NCBI GenBank assembly: GCA_965230915.1
Contig: OZ246395.1
Location: forward strand, 140,019 to 204,018
Length of the DNA stretch: 64,000 nucleotides
Origin: an uncultured Candidatus Saccharibacteria bacterium
GTDB lineage: Bacteria > Patescibacteriota > WWE3 > 2-01-FULL-39-13
Direction: 5' to 3'
In this document: piece by piece, positions 18,108 to 27,916 of the stretch
How the letters are laid out: each line of letters starts with the position of its first letter
How positions within the stretch are numbered: position 1 is the stretch's first letter
Notes under the pieces: generated by a model
Database searches by the model: none
What the model was told of the DNA's origin: nothing
Seen by the model: only the letters and a program-made list of their open reading frames with translations
Program-made: the position numbers and the translations under genes

Positions 18108-19970
18108 ATGAATGTTAAAGAAACATTAAAAAACGAAATTGCTGCAAGCTTAAACAAACTTTTACCTAACAAAAATATAAATGGCGAAAGCATTTTAATA
18201 GAATTCCCAGAAAATTTAGATTACGGAGATTTTTCTACAAATTCAGCAATGGTATTTTTTAAACAAGCTGGTTCAGAAAGTGGATACAAATCACCTCGGG
18301 ACTTTGCAGAAGCTCTTATAAACGATTTAAACGCGTCAAAAAATTTATCAAAGTATATCGAGACTATCCAAGTGGCTGGTCCAGGATTTATTAACTTTAA
18401 ATTACGCGGCTTATATTTCGCCGAAATGCTTAGCCTAATTAATTCTGATATAGGTCTGTTCGCAAAGCCTGTCCAAGTGAAGTCTAAAGCGTCATTAGAG
18501 CATACTCAAATGAATCCGAATAAAGATCTTCATGTCGGCCACTTAAGAAATTCATGCATTGGCGATTCAGTTGTTAAACTGCTAGGTTTTAGCGGGCGAG
18601 ATGTTACGGTTCAGTATTACCAGAATGATGCAGGGTTACAAATATCATCGATTGTTTTAGCCTACAAGGAAAAGTTTATAAAGCCCGAAGATTTTCAGAA
18701 GTTACACAAATGGGCGGCTGTTGCGTATGTTGACATAGAAAGTCGCATAGAAACTAATGAGGGGTTGGTACAAAAACGCGCTGACATCCAAGTCAATATA
18801 TCCAAGCAGAACAATGAAGATGCAAGGTTGGCTAAAAAATTAACCGACGAAATTCTAAGAAATGTTTTGGAAACTATGTCAGACCTTGGCGTCTATTTTG
18901 ATTTAGTAGTATGCGAAAGCGATATATTAAAGGATCAAATATGGGATCAGGCGTTCGAAATATTAAAGAAAAGCGATTCTTTTTATCAGGCAAAAGAAGG
19001 TAAGCAAGAAGGTTGTTGGTTAGTGAAAATGCCTAATGCGGAAGACAAAATTTTTGTTCGTGCCAATGGAATTCCTAATTATGTAGCTACCGATTTTGCT
19101 TATGAATTGTGGAAGTTCGGACAATTAAAGGATTTCAAATATAAAGAATTTCCACTTAACTTTTATAAAAAACAATTAGATATAACTTCATCAGATGGCG
19201 ATACTAAGAATGGGTACAACAATGCAGATGAGGTGTATTTAGTAGTTGATGTAACCCAGAGCTATCCACAACAAAGCATTGTAGAAGCATTAAACGTATT
19301 GGGTTATAAAAAAGAAGCTAGTAACTACCATCATATTGCCTATGGTTTCGTTTATCTTTCAGAAAAGACTGCAAATAAACTAGGTATAGAAATTGAGGAT
19401 TCCACAAAACCTATTAAAATGAGCGGCCGTAAAGGCACCGTAGTCTCTGTAGATACATTCTTAGAGAAGGTCGAAACCGCACTAATAGAAAAATTTGGGG
19501 ATTTTAGCAGCTTAAAAGAGGTGAGAAACGGGGCTATTAAGTTCGAAATGCTAAAAAATAATACATACCAGGATATGGTGTTTGATTTGGAAGCTGCAAT
19601 AGATAATAAAGGTTTTACAGGTCCATATATTCAATATACATACGCTAGAGCTATGTCTGTGCTTAAAAAGAGTAAAAACGTTGTTACTATAGAAGCTTTG
19701 GAAGTCGATTTCGACGATGCAGAGCTTAAATTATTAAAAGAAATTAATAAGTTGCCAGATGAAATACAGCGAGCGATTGACGAATTAAGTCCGCATTATA
19801 TATGTCATTATATGTACAGCGTTGCACAGGCGTACAATGCTTTTTATAATTCAAACCAAATAATTGGATCCGAAAAGGAAAGCTTTAGGGTTGCAGTGAC
19901 GCAATCTGTCGCAAATGTCCTAGAGCTAGGTTTGTCGCTATTGGGGATTAAAGCCCCAGAATCGATGTAG
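18108..19970 (+). CDS. argS: arginyl-tRNA synthetase
   Basis: NPNKDLHVGHLRNSCIGD is the ArgRS HIGH region. Typical ArgRS C-terminus ...LGIKAPESM. N-terminal Arg_tRNA_synt_N-like domain. Confidence 0.88.
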   Translation: MNVKETLKNEIAASLNKLLPNKNINGESILIEFPENLDYGDFSTNSAMVFFKQAGSESGYKSPRDFAEALINDLNASKNLSKYIETIQVAGPGFINFKLRGLYFAEMLSLINSDIGLFAKPVQVKSKASLEHTQMNPNKDLHVGHLRNSCIGDSVVKLLGFSGRDVTVQYYQNDAGLQISSIVLAYKEKFIKPEDFQKLHKWAAVAYVDIESRIETNEGLVQKRADIQVNISKQNNEDARLAKKLTDEILRNVLETMSDLGVYFDLVVCESDILKDQIWDQAFEILKKSDSFYQAKEGKQEGCWLVKMPNAEDKIFVRANGIPNYVATDFAYELWKFGQLKDFKYKEFPLNFYKKQLDITSSDGDTKNGYNNADEVYLVVDVTQSYPQQSIVEALNVLGYKKEASNYHHIAYGFVYLSEKTANKLGIEIEDSTKPIKMSGRKGTVVSVDTFLEKVETALIEKFGDFSSLKEVRNGAIKFEMLKNNTYQDMVFDLEAAIDNKGFTGPYIQYTYARAMSVLKKSKNVVTIEALEVDFDDAELKLLKEINKLPDEIQRAIDELSPHYICHYMYSVAQAYNAFYNSNQIIGSEKESFRVAVTQSVANVLELGLSLLGIKAPESM

Positions 19971-20284
19971 GCCGAAATCTATGTACGAATAGGCAATGTC
20001 GCCTAAGATCTTCATATTTGAAAATACTGACAACGGATTTTATTTCAGGTAAAAACATATTTATATAGCTTCAGATCGTGGGCGTTGGCGTTTTCTCATG
20101 CTTTATCGCGATGAGACATCGATTTTCTTCGGTTGAGGTACATATTCATTAAATTGCACCCTGCTTGAAAACCTTTATTTAACGCGCATTGTTAAAAACT
20201 TATCATCTGTAAAATTTATCTGATTAGTCTACTGAGGCCTAAGACTAAGTTCCATAAGTATGTCTTTGTGTTAGAATTTCGTTT

Positions 20285-21169
20285 ATGAAGCAGTTAAGCT
20301 TTCGGAATTGTTTAGTGTCGTTATTAAGCGTGTCCTGTTTAGGAGTCATAGCGATAACTCTTGCTGGAGTTTTGATTTTCCAAAAGGCATATAAAGACCC
20401 TTCTGAAACTACAACCAAGGAAACTCCCAGCCCTTATTCTCATTTACCTGCTAAGCAAAAGCCAATTGAATCCGTTGTGGCTATAGTTTCTGATTCTGAA
20501 GACGATTGGGAAACCCTATCCCAGGTTATAGAAAATTTAGACAACGGTAAAATACTAAATGGTTTTCATGCAGGTGATATTACAAGCCTTGGCGTTTTAG
20601 AAGACTTACAGGAGGCGAAGAAGATTACAGATAACTCTAGTGTCGAATTTAACTTTGTTCCAGGTGATAGAGATCTTTGGAAATCTGGAGGCGTCGAAAA
20701 CTTTAACAAAGTCTTTGGGGAGAGTTACAAAATGGTTAATATTGGTTCTGTTAATTTCCTATTAATAGATAACGCTAATGAGTATGAAGGAATTCCAGAA
20801 GAAGAATGGACCTTTATTGCTGACAACCTATCAAAGGCTGATTATGTGATCCTTCATAATCCAATTTATTTCAATGATTCATTGTTAGGGCTAGCTCATC
20901 ATGGTATGGGACAGTATTCACAAAATGTCGAGGATCAAAGAGTGAGGTTATTGTCTATGATAAGAAATTCTAACGTAAAAGCAGTGTTTGCTGGAGATCA
21001 GCATTTGTTTTCTGAAAGTGCTGATACGGAAAAGCCTGAATTGAACCATTACGTCGTTGGAGCATTAAATACAGATCGTAACATTCAACAACCTAATTAC
21101 CTGTTGTTGACACTATATACAGACGGAGATTATCATGTTGAACAAGTATATTTAGTACCTTCCAAATAA
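20285..21169 (+). CDS. membrane-anchored calcineurin-like metallophosphoesterase (putative)
   Basis: N-terminal TM helix. Motifs GDITSLG, PGDRDLW, ILHNPIY and FAGDQHLF resemble metallophosphatase motifs. Confidence 0.45.
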   Translation: MKQLSFRNCLVSLLSVSCLGVIAITLAGVLIFQKAYKDPSETTTKETPSPYSHLPAKQKPIESVVAIVSDSEDDWETLSQVIENLDNGKILNGFHAGDITSLGVLEDLQEAKKITDNSSVEFNFVPGDRDLWKSGGVENFNKVFGESYKMVNIGSVNFLLIDNANEYEGIPEEEWTFIADNLSKADYVILHNPIYFNDSLLGLAHHGMGQYSQNVEDQRVRLLSMIRNSNVKAVFAGDQHLFSESADTEKPELNHYVVGALNTDRNIQQPNYLLLTLYTDGDYHVEQVYLVPSK

Positions 21170-21173
21170 TTTT

Positions 21174-21683
21174 ATGTATCACGACGAGACAGTCCAAAGA
21201 ATAAAAAAGGAACTTCCTTTTGAGCGTACCTTAGTTTTAATTAAACCTGACGCGGTGCAGCGTGGCCTTGTCGGTAGAGTTATAACCAGATTTGAAGATA
21301 AAGGTCTTCAGCTAGTTGGTTTAAAATTAATGAACGTGAGTGATACTATTATCGAATCACACTACTCGCATCTTAAAGAAAAACCTTTCTTTAAAACATT
21401 AACCGACTTCATGCAAAGTTCTCCAGTTGTTGCGATGATCTGGCAGGGTGTAGACGCTGTCGAAGCTGTTAGATTGATTGTTGGTATAACTAATTCTCGA
21501 AAAGCTGATGCAGGAAGTATTAGGGGCGATTTTGGAATGGGTCAGTCTGCGAATATAATCCATGCCTCCGATTCAGTAGATAACGCTAAAATAGAAGTTG
21601 AAAGATTCTTTGATGCAGACGAAATTTTAGATTACGATAAGACCGAACTCTTGCATATTTATTCTCCAGAGCTTAACCGCTAA
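21174..21683 (+). CDS. ndk: nucleoside diphosphate kinase
   Basis: ERTLVLIKPDAVQRGLVG, ...YSHL..KPFF, and NIIHASDS carrying the catalytic His. Confidence 0.9.
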   Translation: MYHDETVQRIKKELPFERTLVLIKPDAVQRGLVGRVITRFEDKGLQLVGLKLMNVSDTIIESHYSHLKEKPFFKTLTDFMQSSPVVAMIWQGVDAVEAVRLIVGITNSRKADAGSIRGDFGMGQSANIIHASDSVDNAKIEVERFFDADEILDYDKTELLHIYSPELNR

Positions 21684-21709
21684 TAGATAGGTAAATATAT
21701 AATTCAGCC

Positions 21710-21785
21710 TGGTGCTCCCGGAAGGACTTGAACCTTCGACACCAGGTTTAGGAAACCTGTGCTCTATCCCCTGAGCTACGAGAGC
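21710..21785 (-). tRNA. tRNA-Arg (anticodon CCT), 76 nt with encoded CCA
   Basis: Reverse complement GCTCTCGTAGCTCAGGGGATAGAGCACAGGTTTCCTAAACCTGGTGTCGAAGGTTCAAGTCCTTCCGGGAGCACCA folds into a canonical cloverleaf: 7-bp acceptor stem with one G-U pair, D-loop AGGGGATA, anticodon loop TT-CCT-AA, T-loop TTCAAGT. Confidence 0.85.
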
Positions 21786-22435
21786 AAAATTTTCTCAAAA
21801 ACAGTACAGTTGAAATAATACCATATAGATCTTCTGGTGTTTTTGTCGTAGTTTGGGCGTATTAAGGGGGAGTGAGCACGCCCTATAACTATTAAAAATG
21901 AAAATGCGGGGAAGGGGCTTATAGTTTGTAAGGTGGGTGTTCGTAAATTTGCATATAAAATTCAGTTTTCTACATTTGGGTTTTGGCTGTAACGGAGCAT
22001 AAGGTCCTATAACTTTTCAATTTAAATGTTTTGAGTAAATTTAGTGCAGATTGTTTTGGGCTGTTACATTCAGTAATGCTAGCTAAATTAATATGAATTA
22101 TTCTTTTTAGTCAGTGATTCCCATATCATGCGGATATATTACGACATCTGCCTTGCAAGTTTTAAAATATTCTAAACATTAAATGTATATAGAATTATTT
22201 TAATAAATAAAAAGTGCTTATAGCTTATTTAAAGCGCAAAAAAAGTTTATAGAATTCTATAGCCTATATACATGCATTTTCGGTGTCATAAAAAATCTTA
22301 GTTCATAAAGTTTCACGGCCAAATTTTCTATCAGTCGGGCGTTTGTACTGATATGGCTCTGAACTCCATAGATAGAGAGTCCCTATCCTTAAGAGTTATG
22401 TATGATTTTAGGTGTTATAATAATTACATAGTCAT

Positions 22436-23086
22436 ATGAATCAGAAACTCATATTAAACACACTCGGTAACTTCCTTATGATCTTAGGCTTAGGCATCGC
22501 GGTGTTCACCTATGCACCTATTATTTACTCAGAAGTAAAATATGAGCTATCTCCAAAGCAGAACATCGTTCCCGTTGAAAATGAACACAATAATGACTCT
22601 GATTCAGGCGTATCTGATGAACCTGATTTTGAGAATATTGCCCTTCTAGAGCCGGTTGATCCAGACTTTTCAATTGTCATAAGCAAGATAGACGTTAATG
22701 CACCTGTCATTGAAGATGTGACTACAGTTAATCATGAAGAATACATGGCAGCCTTAAAGCGTGGCGTAGCTCATGCAAGGGGGACATCTCTTCCCGGTGA
22801 ACCTGGTAATATGTTTTTATTCGCGCATTCATCTCTAAACTTTTGGGAATTAGGTCCATACGCTACAGTATTTAATCTTTTAAATAAGCTTGAAAACGGA
22901 GATTTGATTACGGTCTTTTATGATGGCCAAGCATACACATACCAAGTTTATGATATGGAAGTCGTTCCTGGGTGGAACACCGAACCATTTTACGAAGAAT
23001 CAGAAGATGCTACTTTAACTCTTATTACTTGTGATCCACCTGGGTCAACTATTAATAGAAGGGTTGTTAAAGCCCGACTTATTTAA
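22436..23086 (+). CDS. sortase family transpeptidase
   Basis: N-terminal TM anchor, His motif FLFAHSS, catalytic TLxTC motif (ATLTLITCDP), downstream Arg (NRRVVKARL). Confidence 0.7.
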   Translation: MNQKLILNTLGNFLMILGLGIAVFTYAPIIYSEVKYELSPKQNIVPVENEHNNDSDSGVSDEPDFENIALLEPVDPDFSIVISKIDVNAPVIEDVTTVNHEEYMAALKRGVAHARGTSLPGEPGNMFLFAHSSLNFWELGPYATVFNLLNKLENGDLITVFYDGQAYTYQVYDMEVVPGWNTEPFYEESEDATLTLITCDPPGSTINRRVVKARLI

Positions 23087-23180
23087 CATTAATATTTAAC
23101 ATCAAAAAGTTGACGCATAATATATAAGGCCAAATTTAGGCTGTCTTACAAGCGAACTTTTCGATATGAAATACTAATGC

Positions 23181-24374
23181 TTAGCGGATTGAGATCGCAT
23201 ATAAGTTGGTTTGAGATCTTTCTTTTAGCCAGGTTAGAACGATTATCTTATCCCCTGCAGGTGTTGGAAATGCTTGGTCTGAAGCAAGAGTGCCTGTATA
23301 GATTGGTGTACGATTTGTTCCATCTATTCTTACTAAACTTATTGTGTAGTTATCTGCTGTGTTAGGAGTTTTCTCCACTAATATTAAGTGGTATGAATCT
23401 GAGTACCAGTAGATCTTTGTAGTCGTTGGGTCTGGTAGTGTTAATGTTTCGTATGTACGTTTTTCACCTACCGGAAGTGGATCTTCTCCGTTATATATAT
23501 TTACTTTAACTTCGTTTGGGTTTTCGGTTCCAGGTGTTAAGAAGAAAAATTTTTCTTCGTCCGGAGACCAAGTTGTTTGGCTTGTTAAAGCTTTCTCTTT
23601 TATCCATTCTGGCATGTCTTGCTGGCTATCAATTGTTTCAATTTTTGCATTAACAAAGTCGGCTTTATACTCTTCGTCCCATCTGTCGAAGACTTGCTGC
23701 ACGTTTGTAATTGCCTGTGGTTGAGGGTTGGCGTTTCCAGCTGCGTCTAATTTATATAGAAGATATCCTGTCTCGTTCATTCGAACTAATAATTCATCGT
23801 CGTTTTTTGACCACCAAATGTTTTCTCCTGCGGATGGAGTAGCGTTTGAAGTATCTGGAATTAATAGCCTTGTATTGTTTCGAAATATATTAAGTGGTGA
23901 TCCGGTTAATGGAAGCGACCAAACACCTGGTTCTTCGTGATCTGTCGTTAAGAAGACTATGTTATTTTGGTTTGTAGAGAGTCCAAATGCTTTTACATTA
24001 GTATTAGTTAATGGTTCTAGTCTAGGGCTCTGTAAAACTAATACAGCGGTTATATCTGTAACAAGTTCTGGATAAACTGAGATTTCTTTTTCCCAGCTTT
24101 CATATCCGTCTCTTTCTATTCTTAATGTGTATTGCCCAGGTTGTAGTGAAGAAATAGTATCGTCAGTTGCAGTTATTAATTCGTCGTCTAGATATATTTT
24201 TGCTCCATCGGGCATAGATCTGACCGCGAGCATTCCTGTTTTTTTAACGGTTGGTTGTGGGTAGCCGCTTTGGCCTCTTAGGTCGATTCGCCAGCCTTCA
24301 CTATATAGTAAGGTCACAACCGTCACTAATAATAGTGAGCTTAATGTAATTGCGAGGTTCAATAAATTTTTCAT
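23181..24374 (-). CDS. secreted or membrane-anchored PEGA-domain protein with a beta-propeller-like C-terminal region
   Basis: N-terminal signal/anchor. PEGA-like segment LAVRSMPDGAKIYLDDELITATDDTISSLQPGQYTLRIERDGYESWEKEISV. Confidence 0.45.
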   Translation of the reverse strand: MKNLLNLAITLSSLLLVTVVTLLYSEGWRIDLRGQSGYPQPTVKKTGMLAVRSMPDGAKIYLDDELITATDDTISSLQPGQYTLRIERDGYESWEKEISVYPELVTDITAVLVLQSPRLEPLTNTNVKAFGLSTNQNNIVFLTTDHEEPGVWSLPLTGSPLNIFRNNTRLLIPDTSNATPSAGENIWWSKNDDELLVRMNETGYLLYKLDAAGNANPQPQAITNVQQVFDRWDEEYKADFVNAKIETIDSQQDMPEWIKEKALTSQTTWSPDEEKFFFLTPGTENPNEVKVNIYNGEDPLPVGEKRTYETLTLPDPTTTKIYWYSDSYHLILVEKTPNTADNYTISLVRIDGTNRTPIYTGTLASDQAFPTPAGDKIIVLTWLKERSQTNLYAISIR

Positions 24375-24654
24375 TCATACAAATCTTATCAAATAAGGCT
24401 TTAACCTTAAAGGCTGGCGATATATGTTGTTCTCCTTGTCTTAGGTCGTGATTTTAAAATTTACTAACAAGAAATTGCGAAGTGTGAAAATTTGTAGCGA
24501 CAATTTTTTAATTGAGATTTTTATTGCTGATTCTCACTTTATCGCAAGCAAATCGATGTGAGAAATAGCTGGTATATCGATCTATTTTCATAACCCGAAC
24601 CCATAGTTACAAGTTTACCTTGACTAGGTATGTTGCTCGATGTAAGTTAAGGAC

Positions 24655-25869
24655 ATGGCTATAGAACTCGCTGACAAACTCTACACATCAACCCAAGTCG
24701 CTGACATTTTAGGCGTAAGCTTGAGGACACTATATAGATACATGGAAGATGACAAAATCAAATCCATGAGAACTGCATCTGGCAGACACAGATTCACCAA
24801 AGATCACATAATAGAATTTTTAAATGCAGGAAGAGGCGGAATGGGTGATGAGATGTCTTCTGCGCCAGCATATGGAAGTCCTAGAAATTCAGGGTATCCA
24901 AATATGCCTCAGAATCAAGGTATGATGCAAAATGGTCAGAGAGGTGGCTATTATGATAATGCTCAGGTGCCGGTTAATAACATGCCAAATCCTTATGCTT
25001 CAGGGTCAAACTTTTCTGGTATGAGCCAGCCTGCTCAAACAGGTAATAATATGTATGGTCGTGAAGATAAAATGGGTATGAATACTGCTGCACATAGTGC
25101 ACAAGGCAATATGCCAAATCAACAGCAGCAAAACCAACAGCCACAACAGAATCAATATAATAGTGATTTTGTTGTTGAAGAAGAAGATGATTTTGAATTT
25201 GACGTAACTAGCTATGACTATGATAGTGATGTTGGTACGCAACAAAATCAGACAAGTGCTCCAACAAGCAGTAATAACTATTCGGGTCAAAATTCAGGTT
25301 ATGGCTCAGCTCAACAGAGCAATTATGCTCAAAGTCCAGTTCAGCCGCAGGCACAGCCAGCACAGCAGCAAGCTGCAAGACAAGATTTTTCTCAGTCTAC
25401 ATACGCGCCTCCGGCAAGTACTTCTGCCCCTGAGGTAAAGCCAGAACCTATGGTTTCGGAAGGTGCGGAAGCTAATATTAATGTTAGATATTATAAGAGC
25501 GATTACAGTGATTTAATCGAGCTAGCCAAGAAGATAAAAGATACTTCAAATGCTAAAGATTTAGAGTATGCATTCACTTTATATGCTGGGTTGTCTTTAC
25601 ATTTCTTGATAAGACCATTTACTGTTCTTAACTTCTATGCAAACCCAGAAGATATGCAGCTTTGGAAAGATGAGTTGAGGTTAGTTCCTACTCAGCGCCG
25701 AGAAGAGGCAAATGTTGGAATCATAATAAATACCGATATCGTATTCGTTCCAACTAGAGAAATAGGGGGCTTTAAGGTAGTAGAAGATAAGATACTATTG
25801 AAGGATTTATCTGCATCAAAAGAAGAAGACTTAGTAAAACAGTTTAGACAACATCTGACATCAATTTAA
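24655..25869 (+). CDS. DNA-binding HTH (excisionase/MerR-type) protein with a long Gln/Asn/Ser/Gly-rich low-complexity middle region and a C-terminal domain of unknown function
   Basis: HTH: YTSTQVADILGVSLRTLYRYMEDDKIKSMRTASGRHRF. Residues ~60-250 are Q/N/S/G/Y/P/M-rich (NQQQQNQQPQQNQYN...). Confidence 0.6.
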   Translation: MAIELADKLYTSTQVADILGVSLRTLYRYMEDDKIKSMRTASGRHRFTKDHIIEFLNAGRGGMGDEMSSAPAYGSPRNSGYPNMPQNQGMMQNGQRGGYYDNAQVPVNNMPNPYASGSNFSGMSQPAQTGNNMYGREDKMGMNTAAHSAQGNMPNQQQQNQQPQQNQYNSDFVVEEEDDFEFDVTSYDYDSDVGTQQNQTSAPTSSNNYSGQNSGYGSAQQSNYAQSPVQPQAQPAQQQAARQDFSQSTYAPPASTSAPEVKPEPMVSEGAEANINVRYYKSDYSDLIELAKKIKDTSNAKDLEYAFTLYAGLSLHFLIRPFTVLNFYANPEDMQLWKDELRLVPTQRREEANVGIIINTDIVFVPTREIGGFKVVEDKILLKDLSASKEEDLVKQFRQHLTSI

Positions 25870-26296
25870 GGCCTCGAGCCGTGTTTTCGACATAGAATAG
25901 CACGGCTTGACAAATACTCTTATAGGTTATAGAATTCCACCAATTGAACATTGTTTGTATGTAATCAGTGAAAGCTTATGCATCACTTTGGGCTTTTAGC
26001 CTAAGTACGAGAGCAAAAGCCTTTCGGCAAGACAGGTGGTTACAATCATAGAATAAGACACTTTTTGGAATTATCTTTATTATCCATTTTTTCTCGTCTT
26101 ATTCACATTCCTCCTTGCGGAAGGGGCTCTTGCTCTAGTGCTAACAAAAACATTACATAATAAATATCGTTTGGGATCCAATTAAAATTTTGGATCGCAG
26201 ATAAAAAACCGCTTCTAAACATGCAAGTGATTTGGGCAGGACACTTGTCATGCGCCGGAGGCGGTTTTTTGTTTAGATTTTTGCTAAGATTTAGAC

Positions 26297-27916
26297 ATGG
26301 CAAAGAAGGCAACTATACAAGCCGACAACTCTCTTATTGGTCAGTTTACTAAGTTTTTGTCATCCACAGAACCAGACGATATGCAGAAAAAAGAACAAAT
26401 TCCAACTAAAAAACTGAAGATTTTACATGTAGCTGCTGAGGTATCTCCATTTTCAAGCGTAGGAGGACTAAGTGGTGTTGTGAGTTACTTGTCTAAGGCG
26501 ATGGCCGAACGAGGTCACGATGTAAGAATATTTATGCCTAAGTTTGGCACTATAAATGAGAAAAAGTATCAGATGGAGGTAGTCTATAAAGGATTAAAAG
26601 TTCCAACTGGATACACAAAAGAAGATAATCATCCCAATTATTTAATTTGCAATGTTAAGAAATATGTAACGGAGGCTGGTGTTACTGTTTATTTTTTAGA
26701 GAACATGGAGTTTTATGAAAAGCGTTCGAATGTTTACGCTTATTCAGATGACCACATTCGTTGGGCTTTGCTTTCTTATGGTGCACTTAAATATATTTGT
26801 GAGTGTATTGATTGGGTTCCAGATATTGTTCATGCACACGATTGGCATGCTTCACTTGTTCCGAATATTATAGCTACTCAATATAAGAAAAATTCTTGTT
26901 TGTCCCATACAACAACAGTGTTAACTATCCACAATATGCAATTTCAGGGATTAGAAGTTGATCCTACAAGTCAATTAAATTTTGATGATGGAAAATCTGA
27001 TATTCCAAGACTTTTTAGTGAACGTTTAAAGAAATTAAACTTCTTAAGACGTGGAATTTTATATTCTGACTTGGTAAACACAGTTTCTGAAGGTTATGCA
27101 CGACAAATTTTGACTCCAGAATATGGATGCGGACTAGATAAACTATTAATGGAATTACGATCAAAATTATTCGGGGTAGTTAACGGTATCGACTATGACA
27201 AATTTGATCCCGAGCACGATCCGCTTTTAGCCGAACACTTTAATATAAATACTCTAAATAATCGTATAAAGAATAAAGCTAAATTACAAAAAGAATTTGG
27301 GTTAGAAGAGGATTTATCAATTCCATTATTCGGATATGTTGGCCGTTTAGATCATCAAAAAGGTGTTGATTTAATGCTTGAGGTTGTAGAGAAATTCCTT
27401 AAAGATTTTTATGCACAATTTGTATTGGTTGGATCAGGTGATGGTGGATACGAAAAAATGGCCAATAAATTAATGGAAAAGTTCCCTGGGCAAGTTGGCG
27501 CACATACGTATGCAAACTTTACGCTACCTAAATTAGTATTTGCAGGTTCAGACATAATGTTAATGCCTTCAAGATTTGAACCTTGTGGAATTGTTCAAAT
27601 GGAAGCAATGCGATATGGCGCTATTCCAATTGTTCGCGCAACCGGCGGTTTAGACGATACGGTCAAAGATTTTAATCCATCAACTTTAGAAGGAAATGGA
27701 TTTAAATTTAAAGATTTTGACGGATGGTCGCTTTATGGCCAAATGGTTCGTGCTGCAGAAACTTATAGAAACAAAGAAGACTGGATGCATTTGCAGGTTA
27801 ATGCGATGAGCGAAGACTTTTCTTGGGCACAAATCGCTGTTAAATATGAAGACTTATATAAAAAAGCTATGCATTTTAAATCAGAAGGATATGTTCACGG
27901 AGGAATGGTCGAATGA
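26297..27916 (+). CDS. glgA: glycogen/starch synthase, GT5 family
   Basis: KILHVAAEVSPFSSVGGLSGVVSYLSKAMAERGHDVRIFMPKFG is the hallmark KxGGL N-terminal motif. C-terminal GT-B Rossmann fold (PSRFEPCGIVQMEAMRYG). Confidence 0.88.
   Translation: MAKKATIQADNSLIGQFTKFLSSTEPDDMQKKEQIPTKKLKILHVAAEVSPFSSVGGLSGVVSYLSKAMAERGHDVRIFMPKFGTINEKKYQMEVVYKGLKVPTGYTKEDNHPNYLICNVKKYVTEAGVTVYFLENMEFYEKRSNVYAYSDDHIRWALLSYGALKYICECIDWVPDIVHAHDWHASLVPNIIATQYKKNSCLSHTTTVLTIHNMQFQGLEVDPTSQLNFDDGKSDIPRLFSERLKKLNFLRRGILYSDLVNTVSEGYARQILTPEYGCGLDKLLMELRSKLFGVVNGIDYDKFDPEHDPLLAEHFNINTLNNRIKNKAKLQKEFGLEEDLSIPLFGYVGRLDHQKGVDLMLEVVEKFLKDFYAQFVLVGSGDGGYEKMANKLMEKFPGQVGAHTYANFTLPKLVFAGSDIMLMPSRFEPCGIVQMEAMRYGAIPIVRATGGLDDTVKDFNPSTLEGNGFKFKDFDGWSLYGQMVRAAETYRNKEDWMHLQVNAMSEDFSWAQIAVKYEDLYKKAMHFKSEGYVHGGMVE

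Noticed and set aside
26103-26312. 69-aa minus-strand ORF spanning the glgA start region
   Set aside because: It overlaps the glgA start codon and the upstream hairpin and has no supporting features. Judged spurious.
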